Shown here: piece after piece, positions 62,951 through 64,000 of the stretch
Layout: every line of letters begins with the position of its first letter
How positions within the stretch are numbered: the stretch's first letter is position 1
Assembly: GCF_000143415.4 (NCBI RefSeq)
Contig: NW_003314264.1
Coordinates: 4,258,621-4,322,620, forward strand
Length of the DNA stretch: 64,000 nt
Direction: 5' to 3'
Source of the DNA: Selaginella moellendorffii
Lineage: Eukaryota > Plantae > Lycopodiophyta
Position numbers and translations under genes: made by a program
The notes under the pieces: model-generated
What the model was told of the DNA's origin: nothing
Seen by the model: the letters and a program-made list of their open reading frames with translations, nothing else
Database searches by the model: none

Positions 62951-63793
62951 ATGTATCTCAGGCTAGCGAAGGGGACAAACGAAAGCTAGCTATAAACATG
63001 ACGGGATGCAAATAGATTACTAGGCTGGTCCTGCGAAAATCAAAAACCATAATTGAAAACATTGAAAATGCAAAAAGAAAGGTTTATAATATTTTTGAAT
63101 TTTAAGCAACCAAAGGAATGTAAGTAGGGCATGTGTTTGTAAATTTAAAAATGCCTCAACCACTTAAATTCCCAAGTAAATAAAGCTGTTTCTATTTTTG
63201 GTACAGGTAAACTTTATAGCGTGTGGGCTCATGCAATTTTGAACCCAAAAATGCACCAAAAAATGCTCGACTAGCATTATTCTTTGAATGGCGTGTGGCC
63301 TTATATTGCCATAAATGGACGTACACACACAGCATAATTATTCCTTTACACGGCAAATAATCTTGGCGCGGATCGCTGACATGGCATGGCAAAGTTCGAA
63401 TCACTGACATGGCACAGTTGGATCGAGGCAAGGACATGATGTGACAAAGTTCAACGTCCGACAGCAAAGTCTAGAAGCTACTCAGTTTGAAATTTGTCAG
63501 AGGAATCATAAGATCTGGTTTGTCAGAGGATTTGATGTGATGTTCAAGCGTGTGTTATTTTTGAATTCTCGAACTCATTCCTAGGTCTATCATTTTTGTG
63601 CGCCGTGTTCTTGGTTCCGCTGAGCGCAGTGAGCGCTGCTTGTGTAAGCGGCGTTGTGAGCTGTGGTTTATGCGTCTACGAGCGGTTGCGGCATTGCGAG
63701 CGTCATTGCAAGCGGCAGTTTATGCGAGTGGCAGTTTGTGCGAGCGGCGCTACGAGCAGTTGCGGTGGTGCGAGCGGTGCTACGGTACGACTA

Positions 63794-64000
63794 ATGGTAT
63801 GAGGGCTCATGCCATCTTGGGGCTTGCAAGTTCATCACTAGCATATTGCCAATAGTTTCTTTACCTGCCTATAGCTGTGTGTTTATCAAGAGTGGCATGA
63901 GGCCTCATGCCATCTTTGGCCCCTTGACTGACATGGCTAGCGTATTGTCATGTATGTTTTTACTTGCCTGCAGCTGTGTGTATATCAAGATGGCATGAGG
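63794..64000 (+). repeat. 98-bp period tandem repeat anchored on the 22-bp palindrome
   Basis: Palindromes at 63794, 63892, 63990; shared CTAGCRTATTGYCA and GCTGTGTGTWTATCAAGA. Confidence 0.85.

Larger units (their letters stand above)
54386..64000. mobile_element. Large putative DNA transposon (superfamily undetermined; no transposase in window) with dispersed 22-bp palindromes
   Basis: Sharp boundary at a 24-bp sequence shared with 48583; ~21 palindrome copies from 54480 to the window end; cargo ORFs with recent disruptions. Confidence 0.65.

Noticed and set aside
54386-64000. Bacterial or phage contamination as the source of the ParB-MTase ORF
   Set aside because: Spliceosomal-type introns, plant telomere-type repeats and a family terminus joined to a plant LTR element argue for nuclear residence

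Overview
Eukaryotic, transposon-dense plant genomic DNA with three assembly gaps. A lycophyte such as Selaginella is my inference, from the 40-60 nt introns, a Tcn1-like chromovirus and a multi-domain Pin-II gene. Main contents: (1) a young, intact but apparently non-coding LTR retroelement (6582-14168, TGTAG TSD, minisatellite-bearing LTRs) with older, partial and rearranged relatives; (2) a decayed Ty3/Gypsy chromovirus (19580-25124) with a Tf1-like self-priming PBS, inserted in a tau-GST pseudogene; (3) many Gypsy/Copia remnants, solo LTRs and host-gene fragments (SCPL, XDH/AO, LRR); (4) one apparently intact host gene, a secreted multi-domain potato type II protease inhibitor (27533-28371, -); (5) a disrupted orphan secreted/multi-TM gene; (6) most notable, a >9.6 kb element (54386 to the window end). 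It encodes a ParB-like domain fused to a degenerate beta-class DNA amino-methyltransferase-like domain, plus an FCP1-like HAD phosphatase. It carries about 21 copies of a 22-bp palindrome (ATGGCRTG-N6-CAYGCCAT), with two more after a second family terminus at 48583; at least eight copies sit inside 38-54 nt mini-introns. This suggests a parS/ParB-like system on a plant mobile element. All domain calls are by eye from motifs; no searches were run.
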